A model generated the notes under the pieces. The model worked only from the letters and a program-made list of their open reading frames with translations, did no database searches and was not told where the DNA came from. Shown in pieces: positions 1 through 8,167 of a stretch of 64,000 nucleotides of DNA. Source of the DNA: a bacterium (lineage in GTDB: Bacteria > UBA8248); the NCBI GenBank assembly GCA_963692865.2, contig OY843592.1, forward strand, positions 1,280,001-1,344,000, read 5' to 3'. Numbering within the stretch: position 1 is the first letter of the stretch; each line of letters starts with the position of its first letter. Position numbers and translations under genes: made by a program.

Positions 1-312
1 AAGGCGGTGCTGCGCTGGAACATGGCGGCGTCTTCGAGCGCGCCCGAGGACGTGAAGGCGAGGCTCCGGGCGCGCCACCCGCGGCGCGTGACGGCGGACG
101 GCTGCGTCGTCATATCGAGCAGCCGCTTCCGCGATCAGGGCCGAAACGTCGCCGACTGCCTCGAGAAACTCCGCGCCGCCCTGGCCGAAGCCTCACTCCC
201 CCCGAAGCCGCGCCGCCCCACGCGCCCCACCCGCGCATCCGCCGAGAAACGCCTCCAGGACAAGCGCGAACGGGGCGAGAAGAAGAAGTTGAGGGGGAAG
301 GTGGGGGAGTGA
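1..312 (+). CDS. arfB: Alternative ribosome rescue peptidyl-tRNA hydrolase ArfB/YaeJ (5'-truncated by window edge)
   Basis: SSSRFRDQGRNVADCLEKL followed by the basic tail PKPRRPTRPTRASAEKRLQDKRERGEKKKLRG typical of ArfB; the GGQ motif would lie upstream of the window. Confidence 0.92.
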   Translation, partial: KAVLRWNMAASSSAPEDVKARLRARHPRRVTADGCVVISSSRFRDQGRNVADCLEKLRAALAEASLPPKPRRPTRPTRASAEKRLQDKRERGEKKKLRGKVGE

Positions 313-342
313 GGGGATGTCTTGCGTATGGTATCCATCAGG

Positions 343-455
343 ATGAACGTGTTCGAGGGATGGGAATGATCCGCGAACTCACGAGCAAAAAACGCACCCG
401 CCTGCTCGGTTACAAGCAGTATCTTTCAATACTGACGGAGGGAACGGAGATATGA
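343..455 (+). pseudogene. C-terminal remnant of a Fic-family protein
   Basis: 360-455 translates to MGMIRELTSKKRTRLLGYKQYLSILTEGTEI*, resembling the Fic/DOC-family C-terminal winged helix (GIxRExTGxxRNRxFxYxxYLxILxEGTE); out of frame with upstream MNVFE; no Fic core present. Confidence 0.6.
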
Positions 456-613
456 GCTTCATCGTATATTAGGTTGCCAAGGACCAATCACCATGATTCT
501 TCATGTCTTGGGGCATAATTTGTATAGCTATTTGGTTCCATGTATTCTTTGAGGGTTTGAATCATATGTTTAGATTCAGCGTTGCTGCCTTTGTGGACGC
601 GATTTAACTTTGG

Positions 614-1696
614 ATGAGCGCTCTTGGAAGGTATGGACCCTTGCTGCAAACTCTCCATCTGAAAGATTTTACTGTCTTTGGCAAAAGCCGGTTAAATTTT
701 TCATCCGGTCTGAATGTCATCATCGGTGAAAACGGGTTGGGGAAAACGCATCTCCTTAAGCTTCCTTACGCGGCTATGGCTGTGAGCGCGGAACTCGGGC
801 AGAATCCTCTTCATTCGCAACCCTCTAAAACGCTTCTTCAGCCACGTATGGCGCAGAAGCTCGTAGATGTTTTTCGAGCTGAGTCCTTGGGCCGTCTGGC
901 GCGCCGCCAGCAAGGTCGAAACCGATGTGAAGTGCGGGTTGGATTTAATAATTCTCGATGGAACATGAATTTCAGTTTCGCCACGAACAGCAAGTCGGAA
1001 GTAGTTGTCGAACGTATTCCATCAGAATGGATCGACAAGGCGCCTGTTTTTCTGCCGACACGAGAACTGCTGGCAATCTACCCGGGTTTCGTTTCACTTT
1101 ATGAGAGTCGTCATCTGGAATTCGAAGAAACTTGGCGGGATACATGCGCATTACTTGGCGCGCCTGCGTTAAGGGGGCCGACGGCCCATAGAATAGCTCA
1201 AGTCTTGAAGCCGCTTGAAGATGAAATGGGCGGCCCAATCGTTTTGGAAAAAACCGGCCGCTTTTATCTCAAACAACCGGGCGTCGGGAACATGGAAATG
1301 TCGCTCGTAGCCGAAGGACACCGCAAACTCGCGATGCTCGCCCGGTTGATCGCAACAGGTTCATTGCTCGACAAAGGTTGTCTGTTCTGGGATGAACCGG
1401 AGAGCAATTTGAATCCGAAGCTGATTCGGGAAGTCGCCTATGCAATCCTCCACGTTTGCAGAAATGGGGTGCAAGTCATCATAGCGACGCACAGTCTTTT
1501 TCTCTTGCGGGAATTGGAGATGTTCTTGAAAAAAGAAGAATTCAAAGAGATTGGGCAACGATACTTTGCAATTGGGAAGAACGACGAGAGTGTCGTTGTT
1601 GAGCAGAGTGAATCCATTGATGATATTGAACCGTTGACGATGTTGGATGAGGAAATCCTGCAATCGGACAGGTTTTTGGAAGAATCGACTGCATGA
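614..1696 (+). CDS. ABC-type ATPase (AAA_15/AAA_21-like), putative defence/TA component
   Basis: Walker A GENGLGKT, signature-like VAEGHRK, Walker B/D-loop LFWDEPESNLNP, H-loop ATHS; AT-richer than host genes. Confidence 0.88.
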   Translation: MSALGRYGPLLQTLHLKDFTVFGKSRLNFSSGLNVIIGENGLGKTHLLKLPYAAMAVSAELGQNPLHSQPSKTLLQPRMAQKLVDVFRAESLGRLARRQQGRNRCEVRVGFNNSRWNMNFSFATNSKSEVVVERIPSEWIDKAPVFLPTRELLAIYPGFVSLYESRHLEFEETWRDTCALLGAPALRGPTAHRIAQVLKPLEDEMGGPIVLEKTGRFYLKQPGVGNMEMSLVAEGHRKLAMLARLIATGSLLDKGCLFWDEPESNLNPKLIREVAYAILHVCRNGVQVIIATHSLFLLRELEMFLKKEEFKEIGQRYFAIGKNDESVVVEQSESIDDIEPLTMLDEEILQSDRFLEESTA

Positions 1697-2217
1697 CGAG
1701 TTTGATAGAGGGTAAACTGACGTTCACGTTCGATGACGACTGTGAAGTCGGAAAATATGATCAATGGTCCTTTCACCAAGAGAGTTTTCAAAGCGCTGCG
1801 GGTGGTTCGAAAGCGATTGACTTTGTGTGCGTCGGCAAAGGTGTGTCTTGGTTGATCGAAGTTACGGACTATCGAAATTACCCGCTCCCGAAACCGAGTT
1901 GTCTGAGCGACGAAGTAGCCAGGAAGGTGCGAGATACTTTAGCCGGGCTGGCGACCGCAGCAACCAATGCCGATGATGTGACTGAGAAGAAAATTGCGCA
2001 ACTCGCCTTGAGTCCAGAGCGGAAGTGGCGGGTGGCGTTGCACCTGGAGCAATCTGATCATCGATCAAAGCTTTGGCGGAAAATGCCCGATTCATCCAAG
2101 CTGTTGATAAAGCTCAGGAAGAGATTGAGATTTGTCGACTCAGGTGCTTACATTGTTAGTACCCAATGCTCATTCCCGGACATAAAATGGAGAGTAAAGG
2201 ATGAGCAAGAGGGTTAG
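1693..2217 (+). CDS. Hypothetical protein, PD-(D/E)xK nuclease-like partner of the ATPase
   Basis: ATGA overlap with ATPase; motif KAIDF-x10-IEVTDY; paralogous to 9594..10100. Confidence 0.65.
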   Translation: MTSLIEGKLTFTFDDDCEVGKYDQWSFHQESFQSAAGGSKAIDFVCVGKGVSWLIEVTDYRNYPLPKPSCLSDEVARKVRDTLAGLATAATNADDVTEKKIAQLALSPERKWRVALHLEQSDHRSKLWRKMPDSSKLLIKLRKRLRFVDSGAYIVSTQCSFPDIKWRVKDEQEG

Positions 2218-2366
2218 CTGCTTGCTCTGCTATTCGGGAAGTGGGTAGGAGTAATAGGGAAATTCAGTTCGGTTTTCCATGGCCTCCTCCACTACTCAAC
2301 CTCCCCCCCCACCCTTGACGGCGAAATCCCCCACCGAACCTTGCGCGGCAAGGACCCCCATTCACG

Positions 2367-2411
2367 AAACGCGCCGAGAAGAAAGAACGCAGGAGGAAGG
2401 TGGAGGGGTAG
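2367..2411 (+). repeat. Degenerate copy of arfB 3' end
   Basis: AAACGCGCCGAGAAGAAAGAACGCAGGAGGAAGGTGGAGGGGTAG = KRAEKKERRRKVEG*, homologous to ERGEKKKLRGKVGE* of arfB. Confidence 0.6.
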
Positions 2412-2513
2412 TCAGGCGCTCGGCGCCTCTGATTGCAGAGTGAGTATTCGTACGGCAGCAAGCCCAGCGACACGCTCGTTGTTGTGATCGGTGAGTGCGA
2501 GGCTCAGCACTCT

Positions 2514-2596
2514 CCACCCGCGCATCCGCCGAGAAACGCCTCCAGGACAAACGCGAACGCGCCGAGAAGAAGAGGTTGAGGGGGAAGGTGGGGTAG
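2514..2596 (+). repeat. Near-identical direct repeat of arfB 3' end (att-like duplication)
   Basis: 2514-2593 aligns to 227-306 without gaps, with 4 mismatches in 80 bp; reads TRASAEKRLQDKRERAEKKRLRGKVG*. Confidence 0.95.
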
Positions 2597-2712
2597 GGGT
2601 GTGTGTTTTTCCTTGATCGATTTGACACGCAACAGGTAGACTCACGCTCCGCCCAGGTTTCTCTTCCGAGTGCGAATTGTGAAAGTACTAGGAAATTTTT
2701 AGGAGTCTACTT

Positions 2713-3684
2713 TTGCCTAATATCCATTGTTTAACCGTTGGGCAGGGAGATTGCACGCTGATTGAACATGGTTCGGGTCGTGTTTCCATGATCGACATTT
2801 GTGGTGGTAACACTGAACGAATAAGTGCTCAATCGCGAACTCACTCGCTTTTAGAGAATGTTAAAGGCAACTTTCGTATGTGCAACTCACCAACGAATCC
2901 GCTGGATTATCTTAAGGAAAACGGCCTCACAAGTATTTGGAGATTCATTTCGACTCACCCTGATATGGATCACCTAGACGGTTTCGACGCTCTTATGAAT
3001 TCGTTTCCTGTACTGAATTTTTGGGATCAAGGTGCAAGAAGAGAGAAACCAGATTTCGCTCGCTCTCCTTTTAAGGAAGCTGATTGGGATAGATACGTCA
3101 AAGTGCGGGATGGTGAAGAAAATGGTACGCGTGTCGTGAAGGTTAAACAGGGTAGCCAATTTAAATATGCAAACCAAGATGACAAATCCGGTCATGGAGA
3201 CTGTATAACCATATGCGCCCCTTCTGATCAGTTGGTTGAAAAATGCAACGACTCTCAAGACTTCAATGATGCTTCTTATATTATTGTCTACAATGCTCGT
3301 GGCGGAAAAATTGTACTGGCTGGAGACGCGGATGATGATGGGTGGAAATGCGCGATTGATAAATACGGGGAACTTCTTAGGGATGTAGGTTTTTTATTGG
3401 CTCCCCATCATGGGAGAGATAGCGATCGTGATCGGTCGTTCCTCGATCACTTAAAACCACGATTTTCGTTGTTAGGATGTGCTCCATCTGAGCATCTCGC
3501 ATACGATGCGTGGAGAAATCGGAATCTAGCGTATGCCACGCAAAATCAATGCGGGAACATTGTTGTAGATGCGGGAGGTGATGATCTCAGTATTTATATC
3601 GAGAATGATACATTTGCAGAAAAAGCTGGAGGAGACACATCAAAAACAAACGAACAAGGTTACTACTTTCTTGGTGCTTTTTAG
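2713..3684 (+). CDS. ComEC/Rec2-type metallo-beta-lactamase-fold hydrolase
   Basis: VGQGDC start motif, STHPDMDHLDG, NDAS, LAGDA, APHHGR; TTG start with AGGAG RBS; low GC. Confidence 0.88.
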   Translation: MPNIHCLTVGQGDCTLIEHGSGRVSMIDICGGNTERISAQSRTHSLLENVKGNFRMCNSPTNPLDYLKENGLTSIWRFISTHPDMDHLDGFDALMNSFPVLNFWDQGARREKPDFARSPFKEADWDRYVKVRDGEENGTRVVKVKQGSQFKYANQDDKSGHGDCITICAPSDQLVEKCNDSQDFNDASYIIVYNARGGKIVLAGDADDDGWKCAIDKYGELLRDVGFLLAPHHGRDSDRDRSFLDHLKPRFSLLGCAPSEHLAYDAWRNRNLAYATQNQCGNIVVDAGGDDLSIYIENDTFAEKAGGDTSKTNEQGYYFLGAF

Positions 3685-3699
3685 TCAGCACAAGTATTC

Positions 3700-4506
3700 T
3701 TAGTAAGGACCCCAACTGTCCGGTCTAAAATTAAAACTGAAGTTACCGTCTCTGCGCGTAGTCAACACGTATCTTGTATCGCCCCGGAAAGGTCCACCCT
3801 TCGCCACTTCGTTGTAGAAATCTGTCGTTTCCTGTGTTTGGAAGCCTTTGTGTTTATCCGAGATAACAACATAGTAAGGTTTGCAGAGACCATGAGCGAA
3901 AATATCCTTACATATTCCGCTCGCGCGGCCGTGGTGTGATGCAAATAGAACTAACACTTCGGATAGTCGGTCTCGAAATGATGGATTCTGTAAAAGTTTC
4001 GACCACCCATCCGCCTCCATGTCCCCTGGGAAGAGGATTGTCTTTCCGTAAACGGAGATAAAAGTTGCCAAACTCAGGTTGTTTTCGTCTTTGAAATCAG
4101 ACGGATAACTGTTACTGAACATTGAAATATTCAGCGATCCGAAATCTACTTCACCAGGGTTTATAAATACATTTTCCAGCTCATAAACCAAACGCCTGAT
4201 TCCTGGGCCCATTCCCTCCTTGGACTTCATGTGACGTATGGCATTTGTTGATACTCTTCCGTTGCGATAAATAAAATTCACATGCACTTTGTCGATAAGA
4301 TTTGGAAATCCACTCACATGATCTTCATCATAATTTGTAACGATTAGAGCTTCAATTTCTCTGATTTGCCTTGCTGCTAAAAAGTTACCAGGCTTCCAAT
4401 CAGTGGTGGAGTTGTGCCCGCAGTCGATCATTACATATCTTCCATCGTCGGTTGTTATAAGTGCACAAGCTCCATGCTCAACATTAAAGACTTCAAGTAG
4501 CATCAC
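3700..4506 (-). CDS. ComEC/Rec2-type metallo-beta-lactamase-fold hydrolase (variant metal motif)
   Basis: NVEHGAC, IDCG, VTNYDEDHVSG, ENNLS, FPGDME, ASHHGR. Confidence 0.85.
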   Translation of the reverse strand: MMLLEVFNVEHGACALITTDDGRYVMIDCGHNSTTDWKPGNFLAARQIREIEALIVTNYDEDHVSGFPNLIDKVHVNFIYRNGRVSTNAIRHMKSKEGMGPGIRRLVYELENVFINPGEVDFGSLNISMFSNSYPSDFKDENNLSLATFISVYGKTILFPGDMEADGWSKLLQNPSFRDRLSEVLVLFASHHGRASGICKDIFAHGLCKPYYVVISDKHKGFQTQETTDFYNEVAKGGPFRGDTRYVLTTRRDGNFSFNFRPDSWGPY

Positions 4507-5218
4507 TCTCCCCGTCGTTGGTATTAGTAGTTGAATATGCGAAAGTGCGTAGCACTTCAGCAGCGAAAGCGCTGTAAAATTTCAGAAATCGGCTGAATAG
4601 ACCGACTGCCAAAATCAAAGCAAAAACCGTCAAATAGCTAGGCCCCAATTCACCATCTTTAGGTGTTTTCCCTAAGAACAGGCAGACCGTGATTAGTGCT
4701 GTGAACGCTACATTCCGGTTTAGGCCATATTGATTTCTAAATATGTCCATCCGCTGTCGAGCGTCTTCGTTCTGTCTTGCAACTGTAAATGCCACTCCAA
4801 ATACTGTTTCAGGATCAGATACGAGTTCATCGACGCTCTTTTTGTTAGCTGCGGCGGCTTTCTGCAGAATTACATCGCGAGTGGCCTTTGGAAGAGGCTC
4901 ATAGTAACGCCCCACTACACACCGGGCTATGAACTTGTCAATTCTTCGCATTGGAGCAGCACCGATCATCAATGCGGTCGGAGGCCGTAGGACACGCCTA
5001 GCGAGCCAGTGTTCAAATAGAATTGAAGCGGGTATGGCGGCAATCTGTCCGGTAAAGTAGGCTATGGCTACAGCCAGCACGATCTCCACGAACGTCCAAT
5101 TCTGGCGAATCATCATGATGCTGTCGTAGAAGACATAATCGACAGCAAAAAGTAGAATAAATCCGTTGGCTAGGTAACCGTAGAAGTCATAGTCTGTAAA
5201 CGGAAACCAATCCTTCAA
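4493..5218 (-). CDS. Hypothetical membrane protein (about 4 TM segments), co-transcribed with the MBL hydrolase
   Basis: Two N-terminal and two C-terminal hydrophobic segments around a soluble loop; 14-nt overlap with the downstream MBL gene; TTG start with GGAG RBS. Confidence 0.78.
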   Translation of the reverse strand: MKDWFPFTDYDFYGYLANGFILLFAVDYVFYDSIMMIRQNWTFVEIVLAVAIAYFTGQIAAIPASILFEHWLARRVLRPPTALMIGAAPMRRIDKFIARCVVGRYYEPLPKATRDVILQKAAAANKKSVDELVSDPETVFGVAFTVARQNEDARQRMDIFRNQYGLNRNVAFTALITVCLFLGKTPKDGELGPSYLTVFALILAVGLFSRFLKFYSAFAAEVLRTFAYSTTNTNDGESDAT

Positions 5219-5411
5219 TTGTTAGCTCCATATTGAACGTGCGAAGGTCTACTAGTTCATGAAAGAAATCTGCGCTTCTCGCACCCCCTATCGACCTAAC
5301 CCCCCGTCGAACCTTGCGCAACGGCAAAAGCGGCTTTCCGCTTGACCTGTTCGATTTCCGAAAGATAGATTTCGCATTATACATGATCGTGCTTATTGGC
5401 ATTCATATTTT

Positions 5412-5435
5412 GTAGGGGCCGTTCGCGAACGGCCC
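5412..5435 (+). repeat. GTAG-type REP palindrome
   Basis: GTAGGGGCCGTTCGCGAACGGCCC; inverted partner at ~5866-5889. Confidence 0.8.
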
Positions 5436-5472
5436 GATTGCTCTTTAGTTGTGAGTTCCGGGAGGAGAGGTA

Positions 5473-5844
5473 TTGGGCGTCGGCTTTGAGGAAATGCTGG
5501 AGCAGATACGCGCCGTCTCCGATTCTGAGTACGAAAAGGGCCGGCATTTCGAGCGGGTGATAAAGAAGTTCTTCACCGAAGACCCGCTTTACCGGGATCG
5601 CTTCTCGAACGTCTGGCTCTGGCCCGAATGGGCGGCGCAGCGGCTTGGTTTCGACGGAAGCGATACCGGAATCGACCTCGTGGCCGAGGAGCGCGAAGGC
5701 GGCTACTGCGCCGTTCAGTGCAAGTGCTACGCGCCCGACACGCGAATCTCGAAGCCGCACCTCGACTCGTTCATCTCCGCCTCCGCCCGCGACCCCTTCA
5801 CCGCCCGCATCGTGAACGGCCAGCCTCCCGCCATCGACCCGTAG
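5473..5844 (+). pseudogene. Internally deleted Type ISP restriction-modification/helicase gene (Mrr-like nuclease N-terminus only)
   Basis: EKGRHFE...VWLWPEW...DTGIDLVA...AVQCKCY...LDSFISAS is the N-terminal nuclease of LlaGI/LlaBIII-like enzymes; ORF only 123 aa. Confidence 0.8.
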
Positions 5845-5865
5845 AAGAATCCGTTTTTCACCACA

Positions 5866-6280
5866 GGGCCGTTCGCGAACGGCCCCTGCAATTGAGGCTT
5901 GGATTGACGGCATTCCGGCGCAGGCCGGAATCCAGAGCCGATGAGGATTAAGATGATCCGGTTTTTCATGTCCGCACCGCTCGGATGGAAAATGCCAAAG
6001 AGCAAAGAAGCAAAGGCAAGGTGAAATGTCCCGCGTGGGACATTTCTGGATTCCGCATTCTCTTCCTCATCGGGCGAGAATGATTGACGGAGTTACGGAC
6101 GAAATCGCAAGGGGTGTAGGGACAGGCCCCCGTGCCTGTCCGATGCCCTGTTCCGCAAACAGGGGGCAGGGCGGGCACAGTCGAGCTTCTCTTTCTCAGG
6201 AAACTCGACGCCCCTACGGACTTCCTCACCCCGGTCGGCTCCATACGCCGAATCACGTAATCGGGACTTTTCCAATACCC
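5866..6280. repeat. Cluster of palindromic repeats and a MITE-like right end
   Basis: REP GGGCCGTTCGCGAACGGCCCCTGC, ATTCCGGCGCAGGCCGGAAT, GTAGGGACAGGCCCCCGTGCCTGTCC; 6221-6280 resembles 33291-33354. Confidence 0.75.
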
Positions 6281-6413
6281 TCTTTATTAAGATTTATGGA
6301 TTAAACCTTAATAACGAAATCCCTTATTAAGCGTTCGCGCAATATAGCTGAAAAATGGACTTCGTTATCAAGTTTTCAGGTTTAAGTCTTGATAACGAAA
6401 TTTCTTGTTAAGC
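6281..6413. repeat. AT-rich imperfect 52-bp direct repeat with internal inverted boxes
   Basis: 6281-6332 and 6362-6413 share TTATYAAG-N15-CTTRATAACGAAAT-N2-CTTRTTAAGC. Confidence 0.75.
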
Positions 6414-6433
6414 TTTGCTGAACGGGAATGGAC

Positions 6434-7315
6434 TCAATACCGCTCCGGCACGAAGGTCTGATCGCTCATGGGGGGGCGCACGTAGGCTTCCTCTGACCGG
6501 CGCGGGGGGAGTTCGACGCGCGCGGGCGTGAGGTCCTCATACGGGATGAGGGAGAGCAGGTGGCTGATGCAGTTGAGCCGCGCGCGGCGCTTCGAGTCCG
6601 CTTCCACCACGTACCAGGGGGCCTGTTTGATGTCGGTGTGGGCGAACATCTCGTCCTTCGCCCTGGAATACTCGACCCAGCGGCTGCGCGACTCCAGATC
6701 CATCGGCGAGAGCTTCCAGCGCCTCGTGGGGTCGGCCAGGCGCGCCTGGAAGCGGCGCTCCTGTTCGGCGTCGCTCACCGAGAACCAGTATTTGATCAGG
6801 ATGACGCCCGAGCGCGCCAGCATCCGCTCGAACGTGGGGCATGAGTGCAGGAACTCGCGGTATTCCGCCTCCGTGCAAAAGCCCATCACCCGCTCCACGC
6901 CCGCGCGGTTGTACCAGGAGCGGTCGAAGAGCGCCATCTCGCCCGCGGCGGGCAGGTGGGCCGCGTAGCGCTGGAAATACCACTGCGTCTGTTCGCGCTC
7001 GGTGGGCGCGGGCAGGGCGACGACGCGGCAGACCCTCGGGTTGAGACTCTGCGTGATGCGCTTGATGACGCCCCCCTTGCCCGCGGCGTCCCGCCCCTCG
7101 AAGATGACGGCGACTTTCAGGCCCTCGCGCCTTATCCACTCCTGGAGCTTCACGAGTTCGACCTGTAGCCTCGCGAGTTCCGCCTCGTACACCTTCTTGG
7201 ACAGCCGCTGGCGCGGCGCCTTTGCGGCGTCTCCCGCACGGGTGAAGGCGGGTGCGCTCTCCTCCGCGCGCCCGGCCTGCGGTTGATCGGTTCGGGGTTC
7301 GGCCTCTTCCGTCAT
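6434..7315 (-). CDS. ppk2: Polyphosphate kinase 2
   Basis: FEGRDAAGKGGVIKRI, FDRSWYNRAGVERVMGFC, WKLSPMD. Confidence 0.96.
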   Translation of the reverse strand: MTEEAEPRTDQPQAGRAEESAPAFTRAGDAAKAPRQRLSKKVYEAELARLQVELVKLQEWIRREGLKVAVIFEGRDAAGKGGVIKRITQSLNPRVCRVVALPAPTEREQTQWYFQRYAAHLPAAGEMALFDRSWYNRAGVERVMGFCTEAEYREFLHSCPTFERMLARSGVILIKYWFSVSDAEQERRFQARLADPTRRWKLSPMDLESRSRWVEYSRAKDEMFAHTDIKQAPWYVVEADSKRRARLNCISHLLSLIPYEDLTPARVELPPRRSEEAYVRPPMSDQTFVPERY

Positions 7316-7321
7316 CCCGGG

Positions 7322-8167
7322 TCATTCCCTGGGGGTGAGGTCGAAGCCGAACCATTCGAGCGAGAGCCGCGAGAGCGTCCCATCCTCGGCCGCGGCGCCG
7401 ATGGCGGCGGAGAACATGTCCGCGAGCGCGCGGTCCTCCCTGCGGACGCCGACGCCGGTTCCCTCGCCCAGCAGACCGCCCGTGAAGCCGGGGCGCAGGA
7501 TTTTCAGCTTTCCCTTCGCTCTCTCGATCAAGGGCTTCAGGTAGGACATTTGGGCCAGGGCGGCGTCCACGCGGCCCCCCAGCAGGGCGCGGTCGAGTTC
7601 CCCCTGGACCTCGAAGGCGCGGATCCGGGCGGCGTCGGCCATGTGGGTTCTCAGGAAAATCTCGAACGTGGTGGCGGCCTGCGCGCCGAGCGTCCTGCCT
7701 GTGAAGGCCTTCCTGAGCGCCGCGACGGCGGCCCTCTCCCCCGCGTCCAGGGCGCCCAGCGTGACCGAGGCGGTCTTCGTCGTGACGCCCGCGAGGGGGC
7801 CGTCGGCCCGGACGGCGAAGGCGGCGGGCGCCGCGGCGTAGGCGCGCGAGAAGGCGATGCGTTTTTTTCGCTTCGCGGTGATCGAGACGCCGGTCATGAT
7901 CGCGTCGAACTCGCCCGCCCGGAGCGCGGCGATCATGCCCCGCCAGAGCCGCGGGATCAGGACGCATTCGACCTTCATGCGCCTGCACAGGTCGGCCGCC
8001 AGGTCGACTTCGAAGCCGACGAGCCGGCCCGAGGCGTCCTTGTCGTTCCAGGGGGGATAGGCCCCCTCCGTGGCGATGCGCACCACGCCGCCCGGCTTCC
8101 AGCCCGCGGCCTGCGCCGCTCCCGTGAGGGCGATGACGACGCCGAGAGCCGCCAGAAACACCTTCAT
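7322..8167 (-). CDS. Polar amino-acid/opine ABC transporter substrate-binding protein (family 3)
   Basis: Signal peptide; IATEGAYPPWN, GFEVDL, DAIMTGVSIT.KR, WFGFD. Confidence 0.9.
   Translation of the reverse strand: MKVFLAALGVVIALTGAAQAAGWKPGGVVRIATEGAYPPWNDKDASGRLVGFEVDLAADLCRRMKVECVLIPRLWRGMIAALRAGEFDAIMTGVSITAKRKKRIAFSRAYAAAPAAFAVRADGPLAGVTTKTASVTLGALDAGERAAVAALRKAFTGRTLGAQAATTFEIFLRTHMADAARIRAFEVQGELDRALLGGRVDAALAQMSYLKPLIERAKGKLKILRPGFTGGLLGEGTGVGVRREDRALADMFSAAIGAAAEDGTLSRLSLEWFGFDLTPRE

Noticed and set aside
2362-2645. Short minus-strand ORFs similar to 135..338
   Set aside because: The similarity only reflects the duplicated arfB tail read antisense.
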